Source of the DNA: Candidatus Kaelpia aquatica
GTDB lineage: Bacteria; Omnitrophota; Gorgyraeia; Kaelpiales; Kaelpiaceae
Direction of reading: 5' to 3'
Length of the DNA: 64,000 nt
Assembly: GCA_030765335.1 (NCBI GenBank)
Contig: JAVCCU010000030.1
Span: forward strand, 5,324-69,323
The notes under the pieces are model-generated. The model did no database searches, was not told the origin of the DNA, and saw only the letters and a list, made by a program, of their open reading frames with translations. The translations under genes and the position numbers were made by a program. Positions 1 to 9,664 of the stretch are shown in pieces. The stretch's first letter is position 1, and every line of letters starts with the position of its first letter.

Positions 1-1156
1 ATATCGTATAAACAGCAAAAATATTACTTTGCCATGCAGCAAGTGTAATAGAGGTCATAGCTAGTGAATTTAAATCAACCGCAGGAAGTTTTACTTCATC
101 AATCATTATATGTAGACCAGGTCTTCTATAAGAAATATCCTCAATAGATCCTGGATTAATTATTGCTTGCCACACAAACAACCATAGATTATAACGGAAA
201 ACATATTTTAGTAACCCAAAATATTGTTTTTTCTCAAAACAATAATTTATCTTTTTTAAATCTTCAACGGAAATAAGTTCCTTAAAACTCTTTTGTTCCA
301 CGTTTAAATACACAGAATTTCTGTACAATGGAAAATTATTACCAATTTTATTTAAAACTAAATTTAAATTATATCTTAATAAATTAAATTCATAAAAATA
401 TCTATGTTCAAGAACACCGTTGGTTAATTTGTTTAATATGCTTATTAAATCAGCAGAATTCAACTGAGCAGAAGTGGGAAGTTGATACCAACCGACAGAC
501 ATACAGGGGGTAAATATAAACCCTTTTATAAAATTGTTATGCTCCAAAGCAAAATCTAATAAGCTTTTAACTTCTTCTTCATTGATATTACGAGCAACAG
601 TGACTGAAAGCCACACTTTAATCTTGCCAGATCTTTTCAAATTATTTAAGGCTTCAAGTTTTGAATAATGACAAGTAGAATCCCCTCTTAAGCGTGTAGC
701 AATATTCTCATTAAGGCTATCGATAGACAAAAATATTTTTTTAACACCAGCTTTAATAAGCTTATCTACATAATTTTCATCAGCAAGCTTAATTCCATTT
801 GTATACAAAATAGGTACATTCCCAGACAACTTAATCACTTTAATTATATCAAATAGATCATCCCTTAAAGTCGGTTCTCCTCCTAAAAGAAGAATTTTTT
901 TATTTTTCCCAATCCGAGATAAAATCTGTCGTATGGTTTCAAGGCTCATTTCATCAAAGCTAAAACCCCCTTCTTCATTCTGAGCATAACAAACTTTACA
1001 AAACATATTACACCGATTAGTTATGGCTAAAGCAACATTTGAACTTCGTTTTTTAATATTTCTCCAGTTATTTTCATTTATAGGAATCCTTAAATCTTCA
1101 TAATCAAGTATGCTAGTATCTAGCTTCGCATAGTTATTACAAATTTTCATCTGCAT
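1..1156 (-). CDS. Radical SAM protein with Tes/MJ0619(COG1964)-like core, 3' end beyond window edge
   Basis: Not in ORF track. Manual translation from ATG 1156 (SD AGGAGGTG at 1161-1168) is open to the window edge: MQMKICNN...ITNRCNMFCKVCYA...GGEPTLRDDLFDII...YTNGIKLADENYVDKLIKAGV. Contains CxxxCxxC, GGEP and TNG motifs. Confidence 0.9.
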   Translation of the reverse strand, partial: MQMKICNNYAKLDTSILDYEDLRIPINENNWRNIKKRSSNVALAITNRCNMFCKVCYAQNEEGGFSFDEMSLETIRQILSRIGKNKKILLLGGEPTLRDDLFDIIKVIKLSGNVPILYTNGIKLADENYVDKLIKAGVKKIFLSIDSLNENIATRLRGDSTCHYSKLEALNNLKRSGKIKVWLSVTVARNINEEEVKSLLDFALEHNNFIKGFIFTPCMSVGWYQLPTSAQLNSADLISILNKLTNGVLEHRYFYEFNLLRYNLNLVLNKIGNNFPLYRNSVYLNVEQKSFKELISVEDLKKINYCFEKKQYFGLLKYVFRYNLWLFVWQAIINPGSIEDISYRRPGLHIMIDEVKLPAVDLNSLAMTSITLAAWQSNIFAVYTI

Positions 1157-1267
1157 TTCTCACCTCCTAATTGACTTTATCACTCAATTATAGTTTATCT
1201 CCATTTTCCATACAAATTCAATCAAATTCGTAAATAAATAAACCTGCTTGATTTTATATAAAATTTA

Positions 1268-2251
1268 TCACTTTGCTTTAACAGGACATTGTTTACACAT
1301 AAACACATCTCTTCCCTGAGGAGTAATTAAATATTTAATTATTCTACCGACATTACTCCAATTACTTTTCTTTAATTTACACCACATCTCTTCAATACTC
1401 TCGTTATTTATATTCCCCATAAAAGTATTTTCTTGTTTTAGGCAACAAAAATGAATATCGCCGCTTGGAAAAGCAGTTAGCATAAAACAATTATGCTTTA
1501 AAATAAACTTTTTAATTTTTTCCAAAATAATGCTTGGACTTAAAAATTGATTTTGGCTTAAAAACAAACTTTTTATTTCAATAATATCTTCAACAGAAAT
1601 CATTTCACTTATCTCCAAATCTTCTGCATTCCCTACAGGCATAACTAACTTAAACGAAACCTTGGGATTAAATTCACGTATTATTGTAAGTAAATCTGGA
1701 AAATATTTTTTCAACCCTTTGCTGTACCGAATAGCCAAATGAAACTTCATGTCTAAATCTTTTAGAACCTTAAAACAGTTATAATAATTGCTAATTGGTA
1801 TATGTTCCAAATGAAATGCATCAAAACTGATAAATATTTTTCTTATCCCATATTTGTTTTTTAATATATTCAATTTCTCATATGTCTCTTTATTATCCTG
1901 AGCCCAGAGACATGAAGTAATAATTGAAATTCTATTAGAGGAATAGTATTTTTTAAGTTCTCTAACCGCATATAATAATTTATTAAAAACAGTAAATGGC
2001 TCACCACCTGAAATTCTGACATTTCTTACACCAATATTTTTAAACGATTTTGACAAAACTGTTATATTTTCTTTAGACATATCGCATTTATCCAACTTCC
2101 CATAAACACAAAAAGAGCAATTTGCAGCACATCTTGTTGTAATAAGCAAGTCTCCAAATATAAAAGGAAATAATTTATAATAAAATATACTTGAATAATG
2201 CAATACTTTCTGTATTTTAGATGTGCTCATTCTAATATCAAAATTAATCAC
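1268..2251 (-). CDS. Radical SAM protein with C-terminal SPASM/twitch-like domain
   Basis: CAANCSFC, SGGEPF; C-terminal C...SGDIHFCC...MGNINNESIEEMW...CKQCP. Confidence 0.85.
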   Translation of the reverse strand: MINFDIRMSTSKIQKVLHYSSIFYYKLFPFIFGDLLITTRCAANCSFCVYGKLDKCDMSKENITVLSKSFKNIGVRNVRISGGEPFTVFNKLLYAVRELKKYYSSNRISIITSCLWAQDNKETYEKLNILKNKYGIRKIFISFDAFHLEHIPISNYYNCFKVLKDLDMKFHLAIRYSKGLKKYFPDLLTIIREFNPKVSFKLVMPVGNAEDLEISEMISVEDIIEIKSLFLSQNQFLSPSIILEKIKKFILKHNCFMLTAFPSGDIHFCCLKQENTFMGNINNESIEEMWCKLKKSNWSNVGRIIKYLITPQGRDVFMCKQCPVKAK

Positions 2252-2287
2252 TCAATTCACTCCTTTTCTTATATGTAACAAGTACAA

Positions 2288-3799
2288 TTAGTTAGATTTA
2301 CTTGTAGTATCAAACAAGCTTACTATAACACCATCAAACTCTTGCTCTTGAATTTTTGGGTATCGCTGTTCAAACCAGCTTTTAACCGCTAACGATTCAG
2401 GATCTAGCTCTCCCTTTCTATCCCAGGAAGACGAAATAACCCAAACTCTGTCAGGGGATGGTGACAAAAATTCTTTTGATAAATTTATTATAGTCTTATT
2501 CCAGCTTTTCTGCGGCTCTATTAATTCTTTTAACACGTATACATCCTGAGAAGATGGTATATAAAAAAAGTAGAAAATATTTTCCTCACCCCAGTAATAA
2601 GGAATAGAGCAATTCACGCTCATGCTAGAAAAACCAACTGCATCGAACTTTTGCAAATTATTTTTGATATAATTTACAATCGGCTTAAAAGGCTCTTTTA
2701 TATAGTTCCCATATCCAGCAGAAGTAACTGTAGGAGCTGGGGCATAATTCTTATAATAATTTAAAATAGAAGAACCACACAAAAAAAGATATAACAAAAC
2801 AAGAATTTTTCCTACGTTCTTTTTTCTAAATAAAATAAATCCATAACTAAGCATAGATAAATAAAATGGTAAAAATATTATCATTTTTCTTATTAGGTAT
2901 ACCGATCTAATTTGAGAGACTAAAAATATTAAAAAAATTGGAATAAAAAATAGAATAAAAAAATTTAGCACTGCATTTATTTTTTTTCTATCATGGATAA
3001 AACAACTCAAAATTAGAAAGGGTGTAATGATTCGCGCAGCTAAGTAACTTATATTGTAACTATTATATCCTACATTAATAACATCCCAGGTGCAAATCAA
3101 AGTTTTTAATGAAGGTTTATTTATCCAGAAATTATCTTTTCTAAGCACATTTATTCCTTCTTGCATAATCATTAACAACCAAGGTAAAAAAAATAAAAGG
3201 CTCACCATCCAGCACATTATTACTTTAGGAACTAAACTCCATTTTTTCTCTAAAAAAAGAATGATTAATTCAGGAATAATAAGCAGAACTATAAAATAGC
3301 TGGAATACAACCCTAAAGTCGTACTAATGATAAATAAAATCCACAAATGAATTTTGTATTCCTTTTTTAGCAAAGAAATAAAAAAATAAATACTACAAAT
3401 AGAAAAGAATGTTGCTAGCGCTCCTCCTCTGGCTTCCTGAGAATACCATATATGCATAGGAGAAAAACTTAAAAGAACAGCAGAAATTAAACCTATATGT
3501 TTGTCAAAAAGAAGAGTTGTGAGTTTATAGATCCCAAAAATGCTTAATAACCCAAAAAACATTGCTGTAAATCTGAAAATAAATTCCGACTTTTGGAAAG
3601 CAAAAAGCAATACTGATGTGACTAATGAATAAAGCGGCGTCGAATCATCGCCGCTTATAGATTCGCTACCGATAGCTATATGCGCAGTCAAAGCCTCATC
3701 ATACCAGAGGTCATTAAATCCCAAATGATATAATCTTAGAGTTAAAGCTACAGTTAATATGAGTAATAACGGTAGGTACTTTTTTATGATTCGATACAT
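2288..3799 (-). CDS. GT-C fold membrane glycosyltransferase (GT39/ArnT/PMT-like)
   Basis: LRLYHLG..DLWYDEA, SPMHIWYSQEAR, many TM helices. Start set at ATG 3799 (MYRIIKK), directly after the UbiA stop; track ORF extends to 3847. Confidence 0.8.
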   Translation of the reverse strand: MYRIIKKYLPLLLILTVALTLRLYHLGFNDLWYDEALTAHIAIGSESISGDDSTPLYSLVTSVLLFAFQKSEFIFRFTAMFFGLLSIFGIYKLTTLLFDKHIGLISAVLLSFSPMHIWYSQEARGGALATFFSICSIYFFISLLKKEYKIHLWILFIISTTLGLYSSYFIVLLIIPELIILFLEKKWSLVPKVIMCWMVSLLFFLPWLLMIMQEGINVLRKDNFWINKPSLKTLICTWDVINVGYNSYNISYLAARIITPFLILSCFIHDRKKINAVLNFFILFFIPIFLIFLVSQIRSVYLIRKMIIFLPFYLSMLSYGFILFRKKNVGKILVLLYLFLCGSSILNYYKNYAPAPTVTSAGYGNYIKEPFKPIVNYIKNNLQKFDAVGFSSMSVNCSIPYYWGEENIFYFFYIPSSQDVYVLKELIEPQKSWNKTIINLSKEFLSPSPDRVWVISSSWDRKGELDPESLAVKSWFEQRYPKIQEQEFDGVIVSLFDTTSKSN

Positions 3800-3800
3800 A

Positions 3801-4586
3801 TTATAAAAATATAGAAATAAACCATACTGTTCCAGAGAATAACCCAAACATGCGAAATCTAAACCTTGTTTTAAAAGTTATACCTTTAAAAAATATTTCT
3901 CCAAGCATGTACAATTGGAATATAGATAATGCCATAAAAGCAACCATATTAATTATTCTAAACGTACATAGATATACGCTAACCCCAATACCCAAAATAC
4001 TAAAAATCATGCAAACATAATTAATTATTTTTTTACCATAAAAAACAGCACTGGTATTAATACCCGCAGAGACATCTTCATCTATGTCTCTTACCTCATG
4101 TACAAGCTGCATAATTCCAAGTAACAAAGTGAGTAACAAAAAAATTGAAAAAGATCTTAAATCAAAATTGTCAACTTCAAAATACCCTATTAAAAAGATC
4201 TGCGGAAAAGCCAACATACAACATAAGGTTCCGATTATAGGAATCTTTTTAAAACGAAAAGGTTTTACAGAATATATTATTTGTAGTGCCAAGAACAGAG
4301 CAAGAGGTACCCATTGCTTGGATGAGATAAGATGTCCACATATTATTAACAAAACTAATGGATATATAAACAATATAGATTTTTTTTCATGGTCAGTAAA
4401 ATCATTCAAAGCATAAATAAAAGCTAGAGCAAAAGAACAAATTAATAAAGTAAAGACCCCAATACCAGCTGTTTTATCGGCTATTAAAGTACCTAGAATA
4501 ATAAATCCTAAGTGATAAAGCCAATCATGAATACGATATACATCTATTTTGTCAATTTTCCTATTAATTGAAAATATTCTTTCCAT
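3801..4586 (-). CDS. UbiA-family prenyltransferase
   Basis: Asp-rich motifs ALNDFTD and HEVRDIDEDVSAGINT, YSVKPFRFK, multiple TM helices. Confidence 0.8.
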   Translation of the reverse strand: MERIFSINRKIDKIDVYRIHDWLYHLGFIILGTLIADKTAGIGVFTLLICSFALAFIYALNDFTDHEKKSILFIYPLVLLIICGHLISSKQWVPLALFLALQIIYSVKPFRFKKIPIIGTLCCMLAFPQIFLIGYFEVDNFDLRSFSIFLLLTLLLGIMQLVHEVRDIDEDVSAGINTSAVFYGKKIINYVCMIFSILGIGVSVYLCTFRIINMVAFMALSIFQLYMLGEIFFKGITFKTRFRFRMFGLFSGTVWFISIFL

Positions 4587-4766
4587 TTTTGATAAATATT
4601 AACAAATTAAAGATAGAAAATCTACTGTCTTTTTAGAGCACTTATTTCTTGAATATTCTAAATTGCATCTATAAATAAGTATACCTTGATATGGAAGTCC
4701 CTTTAATCCGTTTTAATTCATATTTGCAGTAACTAATATGAATAAAAAATTTTAATTAATCTATAG

Positions 4767-6150
4767 CTAAAAGAAACTACCTGATATTTTTTTAAAAACA
4801 AAATAAATTTTATACAATCCGAAAAAATCTGCTTTTCCTATAATGATTGCTTTATACAACTCTTTTACCAAATTCTCTCGCTGTATTCTAACTGCCATTT
4901 TGCGCAATAATTTAACACCCAAATGCAATAGTTCATTTTTTTACTATTCCAAAACTCCATTAATTTAATTCCATCTTTCAATCCTATTCTATTCTGAATA
5001 TCCTGCGCAAGTTTGGTCTCAGGAAAAGGTTGGAAATTAAAAAAATGTGTAACAGAAGGAGAAAGCTTTTTTATATACCAAACACTTTTTCTAACAGTAT
5101 ATTCTGTTTCCTCATAACAACCTATAATCATATAAATCAACGAGGCTATGCTATATCTTTTTAAATAATCTAGAGCTTTTTCAATATTTTTATTGGTTAT
5201 TTTTTTGTTGTAAACCCGACTACGGATATCTTCATCGCCAGATTCCACTCCAATGCCTACCATTATGCATCCTGCTTCAGATGCAAGTTTAGCCCATTGA
5301 TTAGTCATTTTATCTGCTCGAATATGGCAAAACCACTTTATTTTTTTATACAACCACGATTTCTTATAAAGTGAGCAGAATTCGTAAAACCAATCGATAT
5401 CCAACCCAAAATTATCGTCCACAAAGTCAATGCACCGAAACCCTTTATTCCAAAATCTACCTGTTTCCGTCTCAATCTCTTCAATTATACATTGAGGACT
5501 GCGCAGTCTAAAATATTTTCCCGGAAAGTTTTTTCTGATTGCTGGAGAAGAAACAAAAGCTACAATCATACAAACAGCCTCTTGAAACTACAAATGGTAG
5601 GGATGAAAAAGCTGGTTTTGATGTATTTAGAAACACCAAAAATATCTCTTTTAGGAAATGGCAAACTATCTAAATCGCCTTTAAAAGGCCTTGACTCATT
5701 TTTTATGATCTCCTGATTATTTTTTTTATACCAAATTCCTTGAACAAAAGGCTCCTCGTCTTGCTCTAATCTATCTAAATACTCTAGAAATGCTTCCTCC
5801 CCTTCTCCAACACAAACTGCATCCACTCCTGAATACCTTAACATCACTTCGGGCAACAAAGTAGAATAAATACCTCCAAACATAATCAAGATAGAAGAAT
5901 GTCTCTGCTTAAGAAATCTTGCAATCTCTACTGCGTAATCAATATTGGCACTGTTTACTGAAAAAGCAGCTACACCAGGTACATCATTTTGAACTTCACT
6001 TAAAATAAATTTTTTATAATTTTTGGCACAAAATGCCAAATCTATAAGCTGGACTTTATGTTTTATAGAAACAGAACTAACAGTATATGGCAGCCCTAAA
6101 TATAAATACGGATAAGGGCTTTGTGGACAATTAATTAAACTTACTTTCAT
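4767..6150 (-). pseudogene. B12-binding radical SAM gene disrupted by frameshifts (pseudogene or assembly errors)
   Basis: B12-binding domain in 5566-6150; SRGCLYDCSFC in a third frame at 5553-5585; rest of the core in 4865-5551; probable C-terminal continuation after the T7 run at 4936-4942 to a stop at 4767-4769. Confidence 0.75.
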
Positions 6151-7568
6151 TGATTTCGAAACATTCCAACAAAAAAATCAATTTTATTTGCAAAATTATT
6201 ATAAAATTGACGCGAAAAAATTCTTTTTATACTTCTTGCTGGCGAAAGATAAAACGCTTTATATGCTTTATTTAGCATAGTAAATAATTCTTTTTTTGAC
6301 AATGATTCTTCCCATACAGGAGGAGAAAAATTTTCAAACGGATTTAAAACAAAATTTTTCCAAATATCATCGGAAAACAAGCCTCTTTCTACAGCTAAAT
6401 CATACAACTTTGTATCAGGAAATAACGTCAATATGGAAAAAATTGCATAATCCGGTTTTAATTTTCTAGCAAAATTTATAGTTTTTGCAATATCATTGTG
6501 GGTTTTTTCATGCGGGCAGCCAATCATAAAATAGGCTAAAGATAAAATTCTAGTTTTTCTAGTTAAATAAAATGCTCTTTTTGCTTCTTCTATTGTAATG
6601 CCTTTATTTAAAATACATAGCCCTTCATTTGTAGATGTCTCAACACCGTAATTAATAGCTCTGCACCCTGCCCGTTTAGCTAAAAATAGCATTTTTTCTT
6701 CAATATTGTTGACTCTTGCTCTAAAACTCCAGCTAATATTTAAATTCCTATTCAAAATCTCTTCACTTATCTCAATTACTCGTGAAGGAGTAATATTAAA
6801 TGTTTCATCATAAAAAATCAAATAATTAAAACCCTGATGTTTACATTCTTCCATCTCATCAACAATATTTTTTACTGAACGGAGACGGTATACTTTTGGA
6901 AAATTACTGCAAAATGCACAATTAAAAGGGCAGCCTCGACTGCTAATGATAAACGCGGAAGATTTTACGCTATTTTGAAATTTTAAATACGATTTATCTA
7001 ACTTTATTACCGAGCTTCTATCCGGGAAAGGTAACGAATCTAGATTTTCAATTAATCGAGTTTCATCTGAAAGATCAATATCTATTTTATCTTTAGTTAT
7101 CAGACCTTTAATTCCTGACAAATCAGCTTTTTCTTCTAAAGCATCGCAGAGCTCTAATAATGCTTCTTCACCCTCTCCTAAAATTACAGAATCAATGCAG
7201 GAAAAACTAAGAGATTCTCTGGGAAACATGCTAGCATGGACTCCTCCTAAAACAACGTGAATCTGGGGTAAAATATCCTTAATTAATTTTGCCAATGAAA
7301 TCATATCTATCCAATTAACCGTATAGCCAGTAATTCCAATTAAATCGGGTTTATAAAATGATAAAAAATCTCTGATTTTCAAAACTGAAGCACTATCTTC
7401 TTTACTACAATCCAATACTTCAACTTTATGTTTAGAATTATACTGCAGATAAGCGGATAAATATAAAAGCCCCAATGGCATAGAATATTTCTCCCTTGCT
7501 ATAATAAATTCGGGCAATTGAGAATAAATCATATTTTCTAGGGGAGGATTGATTAGCAATATTTTCAC
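6147..7568 (-). CDS. B12-binding radical SAM protein (class B methyltransferase-like)
   Basis: MKILLINPP, PLGLLYL, GGVHAS, GEGE, LPFPDR, SSRGCPFNCAFC, YGVET, YFMIGCP. Confidence 0.9.
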   Translation of the reverse strand: MKILLINPPLENMIYSQLPEFIIAREKYSMPLGLLYLSAYLQYNSKHKVEVLDCSKEDSASVLKIRDFLSFYKPDLIGITGYTVNWIDMISLAKLIKDILPQIHVVLGGVHASMFPRESLSFSCIDSVILGEGEEALLELCDALEEKADLSGIKGLITKDKIDIDLSDETRLIENLDSLPFPDRSSVIKLDKSYLKFQNSVKSSAFIISSRGCPFNCAFCSNFPKVYRLRSVKNIVDEMEECKHQGFNYLIFYDETFNITPSRVIEISEEILNRNLNISWSFRARVNNIEEKMLFLAKRAGCRAINYGVETSTNEGLCILNKGITIEEAKRAFYLTRKTRILSLAYFMIGCPHEKTHNDIAKTINFARKLKPDYAIFSILTLFPDTKLYDLAVERGLFSDDIWKNFVLNPFENFSPPVWEESLSKKELFTMLNKAYKAFYLSPARSIKRIFSRQFYNNFANKIDFFVGMFRNQ

Positions 7569-7589
7569 TATTTAGAAAGTAAGAATTGC

Positions 7590-8162
7590 TTATTCTAATA
7601 ACAATTCGTTTTTTACTCTATAGAGAGTATCTTTTTCATAGGGATTCTGTATATATTTTTCAGCTCTTTCCAGAGACTCAAACGCTTTGTCTTCCTCCCC
7701 TAGCTTCAGATATATTTCAGCCAAAGTGATATAACACAATCCTTTTTCGGGGTTGATTTCAATAGCTTTATTAATCAATTTAAAAGCTTTATCATATTCC
7801 ATTTTTACTTTATAACACTCAGCCAAATTGTTATAAACACTTGAGTCTGAGTAATCAGGTTTAATATCTAGCGCTTTTTGATACCATACAATAGCACTTT
7901 CATATTCACCTTGAATAATATATATATTACCCACTTTCTTACAAAAAGTATAATTACTAGGGTCTAATTCCAGCCACTTTTTAAATTCATGCTCAGCCAA
8001 AAGGAATTCCCCCTCTTCCACAAATATCCTTCCTAGCTCTAAATTCTTTTCAACTTCACTATTACCTAATTCAGGATTTTCTTCTCCAAAAACAGGTAGA
8101 GAGTAACACACAATGAACAACATAATAACTACTGTATATATAGATATAATTTTCCCCATCAT
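7590..8162 (-). CDS. Exported TPR-repeat protein
   Basis: N-terminal hydrophobic signal, about 4 TPR repeats, SD AGGAGGTG upstream. Confidence 0.8.
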   Translation of the reverse strand: MMGKIISIYTVVIMLFIVCYSLPVFGEENPELGNSEVEKNLELGRIFVEEGEFLLAEHEFKKWLELDPSNYTFCKKVGNIYIIQGEYESAIVWYQKALDIKPDYSDSSVYNNLAECYKVKMEYDKAFKLINKAIEINPEKGLCYITLAEIYLKLGEEDKAFESLERAEKYIQNPYEKDTLYRVKNELLLE

Positions 8163-8368
8163 TCACCTCCTATTACAATTATTTTAAAACAAAAACTTTA
8201 AAAAATAAACATATAGTTTCCATAAAAAACATTAAAAATCCCGCTTAAATAAAACCAATAAAGATAATCTCTTATTAATATTCCAAAATCTATCTTAGAT
8301 AATCCATCTTTTGCCTTTCGCCTTCAAGATATTATTCTATGAAACAACCACTGTGAGCAAGTAATTTA

Positions 8369-9637
8369 TCAATTTATAACTGCTGTACCACCCATATAAG
8401 GACTTAAAGCGCTAGGTATTGAAAAAGAACCATCTTTCTGCTGATAGGTTTCAAGTAAACATATAATGACTCTGGCAAACGCAAGGCCAGATCCATTAAG
8501 AGTATGAGGATACACCATACTACCGTCTCTTCTTTTCAACTTAATATTAGAGCGTCTAGCCTGAAAATCAGTGAAATTAGAGCAGCTCGACACCTCAAGC
8601 CAACGTTCTAACCCAGGAGCCCAGGCCTCTAAATCATAACATTTAGAAGCTGCGAAAGAAAGATCCCCGGTTGATAATACTACAACCCTGTACTTTAACC
8701 CTAAAAGCTGCAATACCTCCTCAGCATCTTTAGTTAGTTTCTCATGTTCATCCCAAGAAGATTCAGGAGTAGTAATCTTTACCATCTCAACCTTATCAAA
8801 CTGATGTACTCTAATTAAACCTTTAGTATCTTTACCATAAGACCCTGCCTCTTTTCTAAAACAAGGAGTATAGGCCGTATAATATATAGGTAGAGCGTCT
8901 TCGCCTAAGGTCTCTCCTCTATGTATATTTGTTACAGGGACCTCAGCCGTAGGAATTAAGAAATAGTCTTCGCCTTCTAGCTTATACATATCATCTTCAA
9001 GCTTAGGTAACTGTCCTGTAGCAGTCATACTATCTCTATTAACAAGCAGAGGTGGCCAAACTTCACGATAAAGATGTTTTTCAGTATGCAAATCCAACAT
9101 GAAGTTCATCAATACTCTAACTAATTTAGCACCCAAACCTTTAAATAGAATAAAATTAGAACCTGTTATCTTGGTAGCTCGAGAGAAATCTATAATATCA
9201 AGATTTTCTCCAATCTCAACATGGGTTAAGGGCTTAAAATCAAACTTTTTACTTTCTCCCCACTCTCTAACTACTTTATTAGATGAAGCATCCGGTCCAA
9301 CTGGAACTGAATCATGAGGAATATTAGGGATATTCAATAGTAGTTCTTGCACCTCTTCTTCGATTTCTCTTAATTCCTGCTCTTTAAAACCTATCTTATC
9401 AGAGAGCTCTTTTAGCTCTTTTAATTTACCATCTATACTTTTGCCTTCTTTTTTTAATTTCGGAATCTGTTTATTCTCCTTATTATGTTTATGTCTTAAA
9501 TCATCAACCTCTTTTATGATCGCTCTTCTTCTCTCATCTAATTCCAAAAGATTGTTTATATCTAATTCCATGTTGCGATTTTTCAAAGACTCTCTTATTA
9601 AATCGCTATTTTCACGAATGAATTTTAAATCTAGCAT
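8369..9637 (-). CDS. serS: Serine--tRNA ligase
   Basis: MLDLKFIR, LIPTAEVP, FRKEAGS, HQFDKVE, HTLNGSGLA. Confidence 0.98.
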   Translation of the reverse strand: MLDLKFIRENSDLIRESLKNRNMELDINNLLELDERRRAIIKEVDDLRHKHNKENKQIPKLKKEGKSIDGKLKELKELSDKIGFKEQELREIEEEVQELLLNIPNIPHDSVPVGPDASSNKVVREWGESKKFDFKPLTHVEIGENLDIIDFSRATKITGSNFILFKGLGAKLVRVLMNFMLDLHTEKHLYREVWPPLLVNRDSMTATGQLPKLEDDMYKLEGEDYFLIPTAEVPVTNIHRGETLGEDALPIYYTAYTPCFRKEAGSYGKDTKGLIRVHQFDKVEMVKITTPESSWDEHEKLTKDAEEVLQLLGLKYRVVVLSTGDLSFAASKCYDLEAWAPGLERWLEVSSCSNFTDFQARRSNIKLKRRDGSMVYPHTLNGSGLAFARVIICLLETYQQKDGSFSIPSALSPYMGGTAVIN

Positions 9638-9664
9638 GCAACCTCCTTTTTTTCAAATCTATAT

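Noticed and set aside
1157-1267. Possible RiPP precursor between the two radical SAM genes
   Set aside because: No small ORF with an SD and start codon; only very short open stretches.
8163-8368. Possible riboswitch or ops/JUMPstart leader ahead of the rSAM operon (GGCGAAAGGCAAAAG)
   Set aside because: Does not match the c-di-GMP, cobalamin, SAM or ops consensus beyond a few bases.
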